Numbered from the whole stretch's first letter, positions 38,601-50,519 are shown. The stretch: DNA of 63,487 nt, filler included, from Reclinomonas americana ATCC 50394 (GCA_048213135.1; 11 parts of 11 records of this genome joined end to end with filler, not necessarily neighbours in it), one strand, 5' to 3'. The notes: a model not told the origin generated them from the letters alone. Translations and numbers: made by a program.

Positions 38601-41600
38601 TGCTGACTTGCTTGCAGCAGTGAAGTGTAATTGACTCTTATCAATCACATTTCTGCAGTGGTCGGCTAGGAGCTGTGGCAGATGCAATCGTGTTGACTCC
38701 CAAAACCGAGGGCCAGCATCCCACCATATCAACGACACAGGATTCGGATCTGATTTTGGCCCCGGCGTCGTTCCTGGTGCACATTCAGAAGCGATTGCAG
38801 GTGCGGTACATGTGTGCATCACCACCGTGCATTTGTCGGTGTATTCCACGTGCAACTTACGGCATCGCATATGCAGGTTGACGAGTGGGTCAAGACGCCA
38901 CTCGTGTACGCAGACACGCTAGTCAGCACCTCCGCTCTGACGCTGTCGTCGCCCAGCATTGTGCAAGTGAATGCACCCGGGCTGCTCGTGTCCGGTGGTC
39001 AACTGCAATCGTCTAGCGGTGGCTTCACCATGCCGGGCAACTTGGACGTGGGTGGCACGCTGCACGCGTCAGTGCTGAGCATCAGCCAGCTGCAGACTCC
39101 CGACATATCCTCCACAGCGGCCCTCACCCTTCGTCCAACGACGTCGTTGGTGGTGGCCACCTCGTTGGTGACCTTGCAGAACAGCGGCTCATCAGTCACC
39201 ATTGGCAACGCCAGCGGCGACATGCTGCTGGCTCCTGCCTCGGGCACCTTGAGGTGAGCATGTGCCACGGTGCAGCCAAGGTACACAACTCTGCGGCTAA
39301 CATCTTGCATTGCTCGGTCCACAGCCTCGTCGGCAATGCGTTGCAGAGCTCGGGAGCACTCTCGCTGTCCACAGCGACTGGTGGCATGTCGCTGTCGCCT
39401 GCCAATCGGCAAATCAACTTTGACATTGATCAGCTCATCTTGCGGCCGCAAGGTTGGTTATGCACGCGCTGTTTTGTGTCGATTGCCTTTGTGCTGCGAT
39501 TGACTGTGATGCGTAGGCGCAACCAACGGACTCATTGGCACGTCGGCGAATGCGCTTGTCATCGCGCCGGCTAATCGGCAGCTGCTGTTTCGTGGACGCT
39601 TTTGTCTTTTCTCTCTCGCACTCGTGCTTTCTGCACACTGAACACTCGAGTGTGTGTCTGTGTGCGTAGTGCGAATGTGGATAGCGTGACTGCCGACGTC
39701 TCGCTGAGCATTGCTGCGGCGGCCGGCGACATATCGTTGAATGCAGCCACCGGCAGCACTGTCCGCATCGTCGGTGACGGTGTCATCAATGGGTCAACAG
39801 GTAACGCCGTGCGGGTGTGTTGCCATCTCCTCCTCTCCGGAGTCGTTCACCTGTCGTCGCATGCGCAGCCAACGGCCTGACTTTGCTGTCGGCCGGAGCG
39901 GTGACGATTCGCGCGGCAAGCAGCGGTGTCTCCATCACTGGCGGCGTCAATACTCTGCATGTGGGCTCAACGCTGGATATTGTTGGTGCCTCCAACTTGG
40001 TGCAGAGCGCAAGCACGTTGGACTTGCAGGTGATTTTATTCGTGGACGCTAAATTCACATACATATCGAACGCCAACTGGCAACAACAATGCTGCACAGG
40101 GCACCAGTGGTGGTGTGCGAGTCGTGGGCACCACTCCACTACTCACTGTCGGCACGTCGGCGCCCAACGCACTGACGGTGAACGGGAGCACAAGAACGAT
40201 TGCATCTGTCGGCGCCGCGGATGCGAACGTGAGTTTCACAGAACGTCACCGAATCGCGCGCGCGTGTGTGTGGCGAATTGGTTGCTAAAAGATCACTCAC
40301 TGCGATACAGGGAGCTGGAGTCGTCTTTTCACTGGCGGCCGGCAGTGTGCGTGTGACGGGCGGTTCACGACTGCTGGATGTCAATGGCACTGCCACGCTG
40401 GGTGGCGCCACCACGGGCACCATGTCGCTCACCGACACGGGCACCCTGCAGACAGCCTCCATTACTCCCGCGTGAGTCGTGGTTATTGCTTCCGCTGTAC
40501 TACTACAACATAGTCATCTGAGTGGCGCCCTGTTGTGTCGCACAGTGCAATCACGTCGTCAAACACCATGACTGTTTCCACATCGAGTGGGGTGTGTGTT
40601 CGTGATCGCCGCTGCGTGCTGCCACTGATGACTTACTGTGGAGTGCGCATGGCAGCGTCTGCGGCTGTCAACGCCACTGCAAGTGCTGATGGTGAACGGC
40701 GTGTCGGATGCGTTCAAGTTGGTGGATGTGGCCGACAACACCAAATCGTGGTCGTTTGCCATCAACGGGCAGTTCCTCGACGTCAACTCGTGGGTGGCTG
40801 ACCCCACCTTTGCCCGCAATCTGCGAATGGATGCCGTCTCGGGCTCACTGGCTGTTCGTGGTCTCGTTGCGTGCGTGTGTGGGGGGTGGTGGTGGTGCAT
40901 GTGCGCTCGTGCACCACGTGCTGAGTGATGAGCGAGCGCGTGAAGCCTCACCCTCTTTCTCTCTCTCTCTCTTCTCACTCTCTCGGTGGCCTATCCTACT
41001 CTAGCGTCGATATGTGTCCCCTTTGCTAGATAGCAGATTCGACATGTCTTCCTGTTTCTCTATGTCGAGGGTGATGTGCGTCCCCTCATCACTCACTGCG
41101 TAAGATGCATGCTTGCCATTCCCGGAGCACAGGTTACTTTCAACAGCTCACTTCGCTTCAAGAGCGACGTGGAGTCCATCGATGGGGCGAGCGCGCTTGC
41201 TGCAGTCCTCAAGCTGCGCGGAGTCACATACACACGTCGGGTACGTATGCCACCTGTTCACCTGAGTTGTCGATACGGGTGGTGGCGTGTGTGTTGGACA
41301 CACCCACTCACGCACCCACCGCCCACATGCACTCATATTGATCGTGATGGTGTGCCAGGACTTGCCACTATCGACAAGACGATGGAGTGGTCTGATTGCC
41401 GAGGAGGTGGCAGAGGTGTTGCCGGAGGTCTGTTTCAGTCGTCGCGATGACGACAGTTGTATTTTTTCTGCTCACTCACTCACTTGTTTGCTGCGTTGTT
41501 GCTCGTTCGCAGCTGGTGACGCGTGACGAACAGGGTCGCATCGAGTCACTGTCGTATGTCGAGCTGGTGCCGTATCTGCTGGAGTGCGTCAAGAGTCTGA

Positions 41601-41758
41601 GCCAACAAGTCCAAGTGGAGAGGGCGCGAAATCGTGACATGGAGCAGCGTCTGCAGGCCATTGAGACGCTGCTGATGACACGCCCCACTCTGGTGGCGAA
41701 CTCGCAGCAGCGGGGAAGCGTGGCGGTGGAGGACGACGTGCACACCACCAACGACTAA
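35691..41758 (+). CDS. Predicted single-pass membrane protein with phage tail-fibre-like beta-repeat shaft and C-terminal peptidase S74 intramolecular chaperone domain; >20 exons
   Basis: Acidic/Pro-rich N-terminus, TM segment GLLTGLIVLVILCSVILYLFIG (~37330-37400), and G/S/T/V/L-rich exons with recurring h-x-h-x-P turns. Terminal exons 41133-41240, 41360-41427 and 41512-41758 give FNSSLRFKSDVESID..LKLRGVTY..GLIAEEVAEVLPELV..LSYVELVPYLLECVKSL followed by a coiled coil. The 5' start is not visible. Confidence 0.75.
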
Positions 41759-42975
41759 ATTTGGAAATTGCGAGACAGTTTGTTCGCTTTGCGGTTGTTG
41801 AGGTCGATGCGCGAGATGTCGGGCGCCACCGCCTGCCTGCCTATTGGGCGTCGCGCCGCAAATTAGCGACCGAGTGTGGTCGATTCAGAGCTGTTGGTGC
41901 ATGCGCTGCTGCTCTGAGGTGAAAGTGAACGCGACTAACCGAATTAGGCATGTGGACCATTGGCGAACAGAACGTGCGTGTGTGTTCTAGTGGGTGCAGA
42001 ACGCTGGCAAGCGAGACGTGCATGAATCGTGGAGGAGAACCGAGTGCACGACCCGTGGTAGGGTGGCAGTGCGGGAAACGGATCACTGGTCAGCGAATTC
42101 AGCAAGTATATGTGATATTTCTCCTGACTGCCCCACCGCGTTGACTGCCCTGCCATTCGTTTTTGCCCCATCGGTTGTTTGGGTGGCATTGGTGAGAGGG
42201 GAGATAGTGTCGGAGTAACCACACCCACGCCGTCACACAAGAACGCACACACGGACCACATACATATCTGCGTGCCAGACAGAGCAGATTATTGGTGGCG
42301 GCTGCATTTCGGTCTCCGGCTTCTGTTTTCGTCGCTGCCCGTTACAAGTTGTCTCTCATAGTTGCGTATGGGGCGAGGCAGTGTGGGGAGTGGGGGAGAG
42401 AGAGACAAGAGGTGGTGTGTGTGTGGAGAGAGGAGGGAGAGGGAGAGGGAGTGAGAGTTTGTGAGTGTGTGAACACACACGCCGGCATTTGCTGAATGCA
42501 TATTCACTGTGTTTTCGTACATTGAAAGACGCAACACCCCACGCAATCGGGTGGTGGTGCACTGCACGCCTCTTTCAGGCTAAACTGCTTCTCTCTCTCT
42601 CTCTGTGTGTGTGTGCCTTCGATGCACACGAGAACTTTTTCTGTGTTCTCGCGCGCATGTGTGTCCGTATCTTTTACGGCCTCATTTTGGTTTTCTGAGA
42701 AGGTCTATCAATCTCATTTCTCTGTCTCTCTCTTCGCACTCTCCACCAATACACTCGCGCACACCCGCAGCGCGCAGCACTCATTCTCTCTCTCCTTTTG
42801 CGTGTTAGAGTGCACACTGGCTCTTTTCGGAAAGAGCTTTCACGGGCGAAAGAATGTGTGCTTTGAGTGGAGACAATTTTCGTCCTTTCTCTTTTGCTCT
42901 ATCGTTGTTTCGCACGCACGCGCACTCTGTCGCACACATCTACACTTGGAGACGTGTGGGGTCGGGTGGGCGGTG

Positions 42976-43918
42976 ATGGAAGGCGATCAACAGTGGGTCT
43001 CACACTGCTGCGTTCTCGCCAAATTGCTCACTCACTCGCTGACTGCACACGCACACGCACACACAGAGCGACACCATCCGGTGAGGGTGGGGGAGAGGGT
43101 CGTCGAATGGGTCGACGGAGGCGCGGGGAGCGTGTCCGTGATTACGAGAGATTCACGGAGGAGGCGCGTCGCGTGCTACGAGTCGAGTTTGAGCACAACG
43201 AGGTACGACGACGCTGAAAAAGTTTGCAACTCTCACTCATTCACTCACTCCCTCACTCCATAACAGTACCCCAGCTCGCACCACAAGCACGAGATTGCTC
43301 GTGTGATTGGCCGCTCCGCCAAGAGTGTCAATCGTTGCGTGTTTTGTGCTGCATGCATCATCTTCATTATATACGGTCGTCGCATTATAACCGATTTGTC
43401 GACCGCATCTAACATGACGTGTGTGCGTGCGTGTGTGCCCCCCTCTGCCTGTACGCAGTGTGGTTTGAGAACGAGCGCAAGAAGAAGCGACGGTCGTCGG
43501 CGACCGAGTACGATGTCGTGGCGGCGGCCGGCGGCACCACTCCCACCACTGCAGCAGCAGCAGCCGGAGCTGCACAGCCACTGTTGTCGCTGACCACCAC
43601 CACCACCACGACAACAACAACCACGACAAGGTCGCTGCCGTCGCCAGCCGGCGGCAATGCGGCGCTGGGAGGACGTAAGCGAAGCCTGCCGTCTGGAATA
43701 TCGAAACTTAATCTGGTAGCGGACGCTTCCGTCCACCTTGACGGCGATGCTGGCAGTGGTGACGGTGACGAGGATTATGGCGATGACGATGACGACGACC
43801 TGTACAGCGACGTGAGCGACGACGAGGATCTGCGGAAGCGTCCACGACTTGAGTCGCCGCCAGCGCCGTCGCCTCTCGGTTCCACCCCGTTGCGTGTGGC
43901 GGCGCGCGGCAACAAGCT
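42976..43918 (+). CDS. Non-TALE homeodomain transcription factor, 3' end in gap
   Basis: Removing introns 43203-43266 and 43334-43458 gives RFTEEARRVLRVEFEHNEYPSSHHKHEIARVIGRSAKSVNLWFENERKKKRR, with F8, L16, F20, Y25-P26, W48, F49, N51 and R53 at canonical spacing. Confidence 0.85.
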
Positions 43919-44018
43919 NNNNNNNNNNNNNNNNNNNNNNNNNNNNNNNNNNNNNNNNNNNNTTAATTAATTAANNNNNNNNNNNNNNNNNNNNNNNNNN
44001 NNNNNNNNNNNNNNNNNN
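43919..44018. other. Assembly gap linker
   Basis: N44-TTAATTAATTAA-N44. Confidence 0.98.
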
Positions 44019-44901
44019 TTGATGCCGCCAGCCGCTCCGCCGCCGCCACCACCACCACCACCACCACCACCTGCATCCGCAGGCTTGCCTTCACTGCGCA
44101 TGGGCTTCCTCTAAACGAGGACGCACAGTGGAGGTTGCGCCGGTATTTGGGTGGTGTGTGGACGACGACGACGACGACGACGAGCAAGGAGAAGACGAGG
44201 ACGAGGGTGGCGCCATGCCTGCAATTTTTAATTCCTAATCTCCCCTCTCCCCCCTCTCTCTCTCCTCTGCCCTGCAGCGTCGCTAGAACCTATAATCTCT
44301 CTACTTGTTGCTCTTTATCCTGTTTAAACGAGACGACGATCGCGTGTCGTGGTGTGTGTGTGAGTGAGTGCGTGTCATGTCTCACTGTATCGGTAATGAC
44401 ACCTACCCTCTCCGTGCCGCCTCCAGCGAGTCACTCGCGGGATGCCGCCGGGTGAATGCGGAGACATGTGTCGCCACCGCCATCTCTATTGTTGTTGCGA
44501 GTGGTGGTGGTGGTGGTGTGTGGGTTCTAAATGTCTTCCTCTCCTTCTTTTTGTCTGCATTTCTCTCTCTCTCGCTGTAAGCCAGCCTATTAAACACTGC
44601 GTGATGAGGTGACTACTGCATGTGCATGCGCACAACTGGCTTTCCTCTGCGTGCGTGTGCGTGTGTGCATCACCGCGAGCCGCAACCGGTTTTGCACCAC
44701 AAGTGCAACGGCTCTTGCAACACAAAACCACGTGAGCAGCGACACGAAAGAAGCAGTGTGTGTGCATGTGTGTGCTCCCCTCTACCGCGTGCGCGCGCGC
44801 GTGTGTGTGTATGCATTCTGCTCAATGTCACTATTGTGTGGGTGTGAATGCGCGCGTGCATCACGGCTCATCATTGTCAGCACAAAAGGAGAAAAACAGT
44901 A

Positions 44902-46692
44902 ATGAGCCTTCTCAAGCGCACCTATGCACCGTGGCCCTCTGTTGTGAGCTGCTGCGGCCCAGCGTGTGAGTGGGTGATGTGGTGTGCGTGCGACTGCTGC
45001 AGCGTGTGTCCGCAGCGTGTTGTGGTGGTGCAACATGGCCACTCACACACACGCACAGCTGCACGCGTGCATGCATGCGTGCATGCGCGTGAGATGGCCA
45101 GTGCGTGCGTGTGAGAGAAGACGTGCCACTCTCTCTTCCACACATGCTCTCTGTCTCACTGTGTGCATGGATTGTGTGGGTGATTGATTGGTCTCGGAAA
45201 TTCGGTTTTGCACCTTGCGCTCGAGGAAAATGCATGACACGGCTGTTCTTTCATGCTTCCCATGCACGACCTGAATATCTTGCTCTCCCACTTTATTACA
45301 TCATGCAACCGTGCCAGAAGTGGTTCCTCGGGTTGCCCTCACACATCGATCTTTATATCGATTGCCTATTGGTCGACGTCATTGGCAATACTTGCAATCG
45401 GGCCGCTGTTATTACAGCACGCAGCAGACACTGTTTCCGCGGTTGATCTCACGCAGTTTGCGGGAGGCCCGACGCACGTTACCGTCGATGTGGTCCTCAT
45501 CTTGCATGGCCTGTGCAAGCGATTTTTTGTCAGGACTGAGTTTCGTTATTCCATTTTACGCGGCTGCGCACGTGCATGTGCGTTGAAAGACGAGCACACA
45601 CACACACGCAGGCAAGTACACAGACAAGGACACAAGTTTGGTAGGCACAGAGGTGCAGAAAAGCGCAAAGTGCATCGCTGGGATCGCAAAAATGCCGATA
45701 TTGAGGGTTTTGATGAACACCTGCAAGATGGATCTAAATGATCATGAGAGGAGGCTGCGCAGCGCGGTGCTCCCGCACTCATTAGGGAGAGCATCATCCA
45801 CTCAGTATTCTGAGTGGCAACGGTCTCTGAACCGCATGTGCATGCCAGGACTGGTTTTGCGAAACCAATCGTACGTGTGATGGAGTGAAAGAGAGAGAGA
45901 GCGAGTGTGGCAGTGATGCCTCCGTTGCTCTCTTTGCAACGCTCATGGCAGTGCAACGAAAAAGACCAAAAGCACACGAGACAAAACGGCGCCTCTCGCT
46001 GGATGGCGAGAACACACTTTCTCGATATCGTCATCATGATTCCGTGGTGGAAGAAGACATCCACCACCGGCGACGTGAACGTACTACCATATACACGGGC
46101 ATCGTACCTTATCCAACGTTCCTTGCTGGCGGTCGAGTTCCGACTGCGTCTCCGTGGCCACATGTTGTGTAAGGGCAGCTCGTCGCAGCATGCGCTCCAA
46201 CACACGCTCCGAGTCGCTCTGCACCGCATGCACCTCTTGCATGGCCTGCTGCGGTGTCTCCGCGGTCGCTATGCGGCTACGATTGCTCATGTGTGTATGT
46301 CCCACGCTGTGTGTGTCTTTCTCGCTCTCTCACTCTCTCAAGAGGCAATAAGAAACGTACGACACCGGACAGTTGTATTTATGGAACTCGGGTCCACTGA
46401 TGCATGGCGCCAGGCGAAAAGGAGCCGTCGCTTCCCGGCTTCATCGAGCCACCCGATCCGTACTGCCCTGCACCTGCAGAGTACGCAGGTGGCGGGATAT
46501 TCACCGAGGCAGACGTGTTGCGGGTGGTTGTGTTGGGGTTGTTCGAAAACATCAACAGCACAGCCCTGCATCACCCGCACGCTCAGCAGGCGCCGGCGCA
46601 TTACATGCGGACGGAGAGACACATACCATAGCGGAAGCACCAACGACACGGTGCGAGCGACGACGCTGGCAAATGAGTTGAGCGCGTCTTGA
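44902..46692 (+). CDS. Possible hypothetical protein with hydrophobic segment; exon structure unresolved
   Basis: Exon-like stretches (ISIAYWSTSLAILAIGPLLLQH; EYAGGGIFTEADVLRVVVLGLFENIN) between intron-like CA/GT tracts. Confidence 0.3.
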
Positions 46693-46755
46693 TCCTGCGA
46701 TTATTGTCGTGAGTTCTCCACATACCTACAGTGGACAACAACAAAAAATAAACAA

Positions 46756-46855
46756 NNNNNNNNNNNNNNNNNNNNNNNNNNNNNNNNNNNNNNNNNNNNT
46801 TAATTAATTAANNNNNNNNNNNNNNNNNNNNNNNNNNNNNNNNNNNNNNNNNNNN
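46756..46855. other. Assembly gap linker
   Basis: N44-TTAATTAATTAA-N44. Confidence 0.98.

Positions 46856-46917
<62 letters not shown>
46856..46917. repeat. (CA)n microsatellite at contig end
   Basis: Perfect CA run. Confidence 0.95.
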
Positions 46918-46919
<2 letters not shown>

Positions 46920-47144
46920 ACACATACACACAGAGAGAGAGAGAGAGAATGAGTGAGAGAATGAGTGAGAGACAGGAATCGCGCGCCAAGAGTTACTGTG
47001 CGAGGTGTGTGTGTGTGCGCGTGTGTTTTCTGAGAGTGTTTGTGTGTGCGTTGATGGCCTCACCGCATGCATCCGTATGCACTGTCACCATCGCGCACAC
47101 AGGCGATGAAGCTGATGTGACTGACGCTCATGACAAGAGCTTGC

Positions 47145-47832
47145 TCACTCACACACGCACTCAGTGGTGTGTGTGTGAGAGAGAGAGAGAGAGTGGTGTT
47201 GTGTGGGCGAGAGGTGCAGATGCGCACAGGAACACACTGACTTGTTGGTGGCAAGCGAGCAGGAGGACAGTGAGGAATCGTCAAACGAGACTCGAATATT
47301 CGTCTCGAGAAGGGCTGCAAGGTACGTGGCCAAGCCCGTCCTGTTTGCATTGTGACATGCATCCGACGGCAATGAGACCTCTGCCTTTTCTCGACGTTTT
47401 CTCTTCTCGTCGAGGTTGCCGCTACAATCACCTCGTACAAGTACTTCTAGAAGTGTAACATCATTATTAGTGCCAATCATCGACAGGTGTTTGAGTGCAT
47501 CGCGCAGCCTCCCAAAGCTCCTCACATGCAAACACAACACTTGCACAAGAAACCGAAATGTATACTGCGTCTCTTGTGCATACTCGATCAAACACTGTGA
47601 TCGGGGAAATATGGAGGCAGAGAAAGAGAGTGGGAGAGAAAGGAGAGAGGAGGCACTCCAGCGCCATCGCTGCCACTGTCGATTTGGTGGCAAGCAGCCA
47701 ACAAATGGTTCTCAAATCGACGAGAGCGATTGCACGCGTGTGTATGTGCGCGAAGAAGATAGACGACTGGGAAGAGGAGGAGAATGAAAGAATGAAAGAC
47801 AAGGGGGAAAAGCTGCAGCAGCAGTTACGCAT
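47145..47832 (-). CDS. Possible hypothetical protein fragment
   Basis: Exon-like segment CLIEYAQETQYTFRFLVQVLCLHVRSFGRLRDALKHLSM.. preceded by a polypyrimidine-CAG acceptor. Confidence 0.25.
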
Positions 47833-47886
47833 GCCTGTGCACGCAGGCTGCTGGAGGGGTGTGTATGTGAGTAGCAGTCGCGCAGC

Positions 47887-50477
47887 TCACATGTGCTTGG
47901 TGAAGTCCACCGGCAGCTCCTCGATGGACGTGTCGTAGAACGCCTGTGCATGAGATGAATGTGGGGCGTGAGTCATGGCCAAACGAAGCACGATTCTCCC
48001 CCATCACGCACCTCGAGTTCCTCACGAGTGGTGCGATCACGGTCGGTGACAAAGTTGATCGCCACTCCCTTCTTGCCGTAGCGGCCGGAGCGACCGATGC
48101 GGTGCATGTACTGCTCGCGATCCGACGGCATGTCGTAGTTGAGGACCAGCGACACGCCGGCCACATCTGCAACAGCGTCAGCACTGTGCTCTTGCCCTCT
48201 ACCACAGATAAACGAGAATCAACGCTCACCAATGCCACGACCCGCCACATCTGTGGCGACCAGGATGCGCGAGGAGCCGGAGCGGAAGGTGGCCATCACT
48301 TCCTTGCGCTCGGCCGGCTCGAGTTCTCCGTGGAGGGCCGACACGGTGAAGTCGTTCTGTCGCAGCATGTGCACGAGCTGATCGACGCGGCGTCGAGTGT
48401 TGCAAAAGATCACGGCCTGCGACACCGACAGTGTGTCGTACAGATCGCACAGGGTCGGGAACTTGAACTCGTCGCGGCCGACGTGCACGTAGAACTGCTT
48501 GATGCCCTACACACACACACACACACAAAAGTGAGGAGTGGGATGAGTGGAGTGGCGTGGCGTGTGCACACAAACCGCCAGGCTCAGCTGCTCCTTCTTG
48601 ACGAGAATGCGCACAGGGTCGCGCATGAACTTCTCGGTGATCTGCAGCACCTCGGGCGGCATGGTGGCACTAAAGAGGCCAACCTGTGTGCGATGAAGGT
48701 GAGGGAAAAGGGAGTCGAAGGGGGAGAGAGGGGGGAGGGAAAGGAGAAGAGAGAAGATGTGAAGGGGGAGAGAGAGGAAAGGGGAAAAGAGAGGGAGAGG
48801 AGACAAGAAAGGAAGTGGGAGAGAGACGAACACATGGAGAGAGCAAGAGGATGGAGAGAACAAGAGGGGAATCACAGAGAGCAAGAGAGTGAACGTGAGA
48901 CAGACAATAGCATATACTCTTGGGGAGAATGACTATCACGAAAGCACCAATAGCGACACACGCGCGCCTCACTTCCACAACTGCATGTACTGCTGGAGGA
49001 ACAGCTCTGCCTGATCGTCAGCAACTGATTGCCAACCAGTGTGCACTCATGGAGAGACAACTGTGCCTGGTCGCAAGATCACGGTGCATGAAAGAAACCC
49101 TATCGACAGATGCACACGATGCACCACACTACGAGAGACAGCTCTGCCTGATCATGTACAAACTGTGTGACTGCGACTTCCAAACAATGCGCGCATAAAG
49201 AGAGACTACTTGGCCTGAGCACTGGATCACAGTGCATGAAAGACCGATTGCCTATTCACACTGCGTCTGCACCTGCCATACAAAGTGACCACCGACTGCT
49301 TGATGAGACAACTCTGCCTGGTCACACAATTACAATGCAAGAAATCGACACAGAGATGTACACGGTGTATAACACAGATCTGCCTGATACAGTGAGCCTG
49401 CACCTGCCAAACAGTGTGCACGAATGGGGGAGACTGCTGAATCACTGCCCATGACAATGCGCCATCGACACTGCTATGCTTTCTCTCCCTCTCTTCCCTT
49501 CTCCCTTTCCCCCTTCCCCACCCCATCCACCAAACCTGCGTATCACGCGGCAATGTGGAGAAAATGTCGTGCACACTCTCCATGAATCCGCGATCAAGCA
49601 TCTACGCACACAAACACACACAGTCATTCCCTGCCACAACCACACCACCCAGCACCTCCTCACACCACCAACCTCATCGGCCTCATCCAGCACAAACGCT
49701 CGCACGTACTTGGTGTCGAGTGCACGCCGGTGGATCAGATCGCGCACACGACCGGGTGTGCCGACCACCAGATGCACTCCGGCCTGCAGCAGTGCCACGT
49801 CCTCGGCCACCGGCGAGCCGCCAATGAGAAGCACACATCGGATGGTGAGGAAGTCGGAGAGGTTGCAGACGACCTTGTAGATCTGGTCGGCGAGCTCGCG
49901 AGTGGGAGCGAGGAGAATGGCTTGCGGGACGCGCTGGTCCTCGTTGATGGACTGCAGCACGCTGATCACGAAGGTGCCACTGCGTACAAAGGGAAGCGTG
50001 TAAGGCGAACAGAAGGGCAACAAAGCATAATAAAAACAAGCAGAAAGCGCAACGTCTTGCCGGTTCCGGACTGGGCTTGCGCGAGAATGTCACGGCCGGT
50101 GAGGAAGGCCTTGATGCCACGCTGCTGGATCGGCGACGGCTCCTCGAAACCGTACGCAAAGACACCGCGAAGCAGGTCGCGCTTCAGGCCAATCTCCTCA
50201 AAGGTGCGGCAGACCTCGGTCCAGTTGGTGGAGGTGGCGATTGAGTCGTCGGTTTCGTCGGCTGCAGAGGCGGCGAAAGGAGGCAGAGTGGCTGCCGAGG
50301 TGCATACGTGAGTGGCCTATTTCGGGACACCTTCTACGTACACACACTGGACCCGTCGACATGCAGCACGCAACTGGAGGTGGTGGTGGTTCTCTGGGGG
50401 GTGCCGTCGACGATCGGGTGATCAGCGTCGGCGATGGAAATGTTCTTGAAATCAGTGGTAATGTTCTCTGTGGTCAT
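47887..50477 (-). CDS. eIF4A: eIF4A-family DEAD-box RNA helicase, multi-exon
   Basis: Q motif [77 protein letters not shown]. Putative start [10 protein letters not shown] at 50477. Confidence 0.95.
48997..49475. repeat. Degenerate tandem repeat array in the longest eIF4A intron
   Basis: Core GAGACARCTSTGCCTGRTC or variants recur near 49001, 49052, 49133, 49201, 49304 and 49373. Confidence 0.75.
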
Positions 50478-50519
50478 ACAATTGGGGGTAAAAAAACCCA
50501 GGTTGGCGCGCTTGGCGGG

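Noticed and set aside
35691..41758. Prophage, endogenous virus or MYRF orthologue
   Set aside because: The gene has many spliceosomal introns and no neighbouring viral genes. No Ndt80-like DNA-binding domain is visible, and the TM lies before rather than after the chaperone domain.
48997..49475. CRISPR-like repeat-spacer appearance
   Set aside because: Repeats are degenerate, the spacers resemble each other, there are no cas genes, and the context is a eukaryotic intron.
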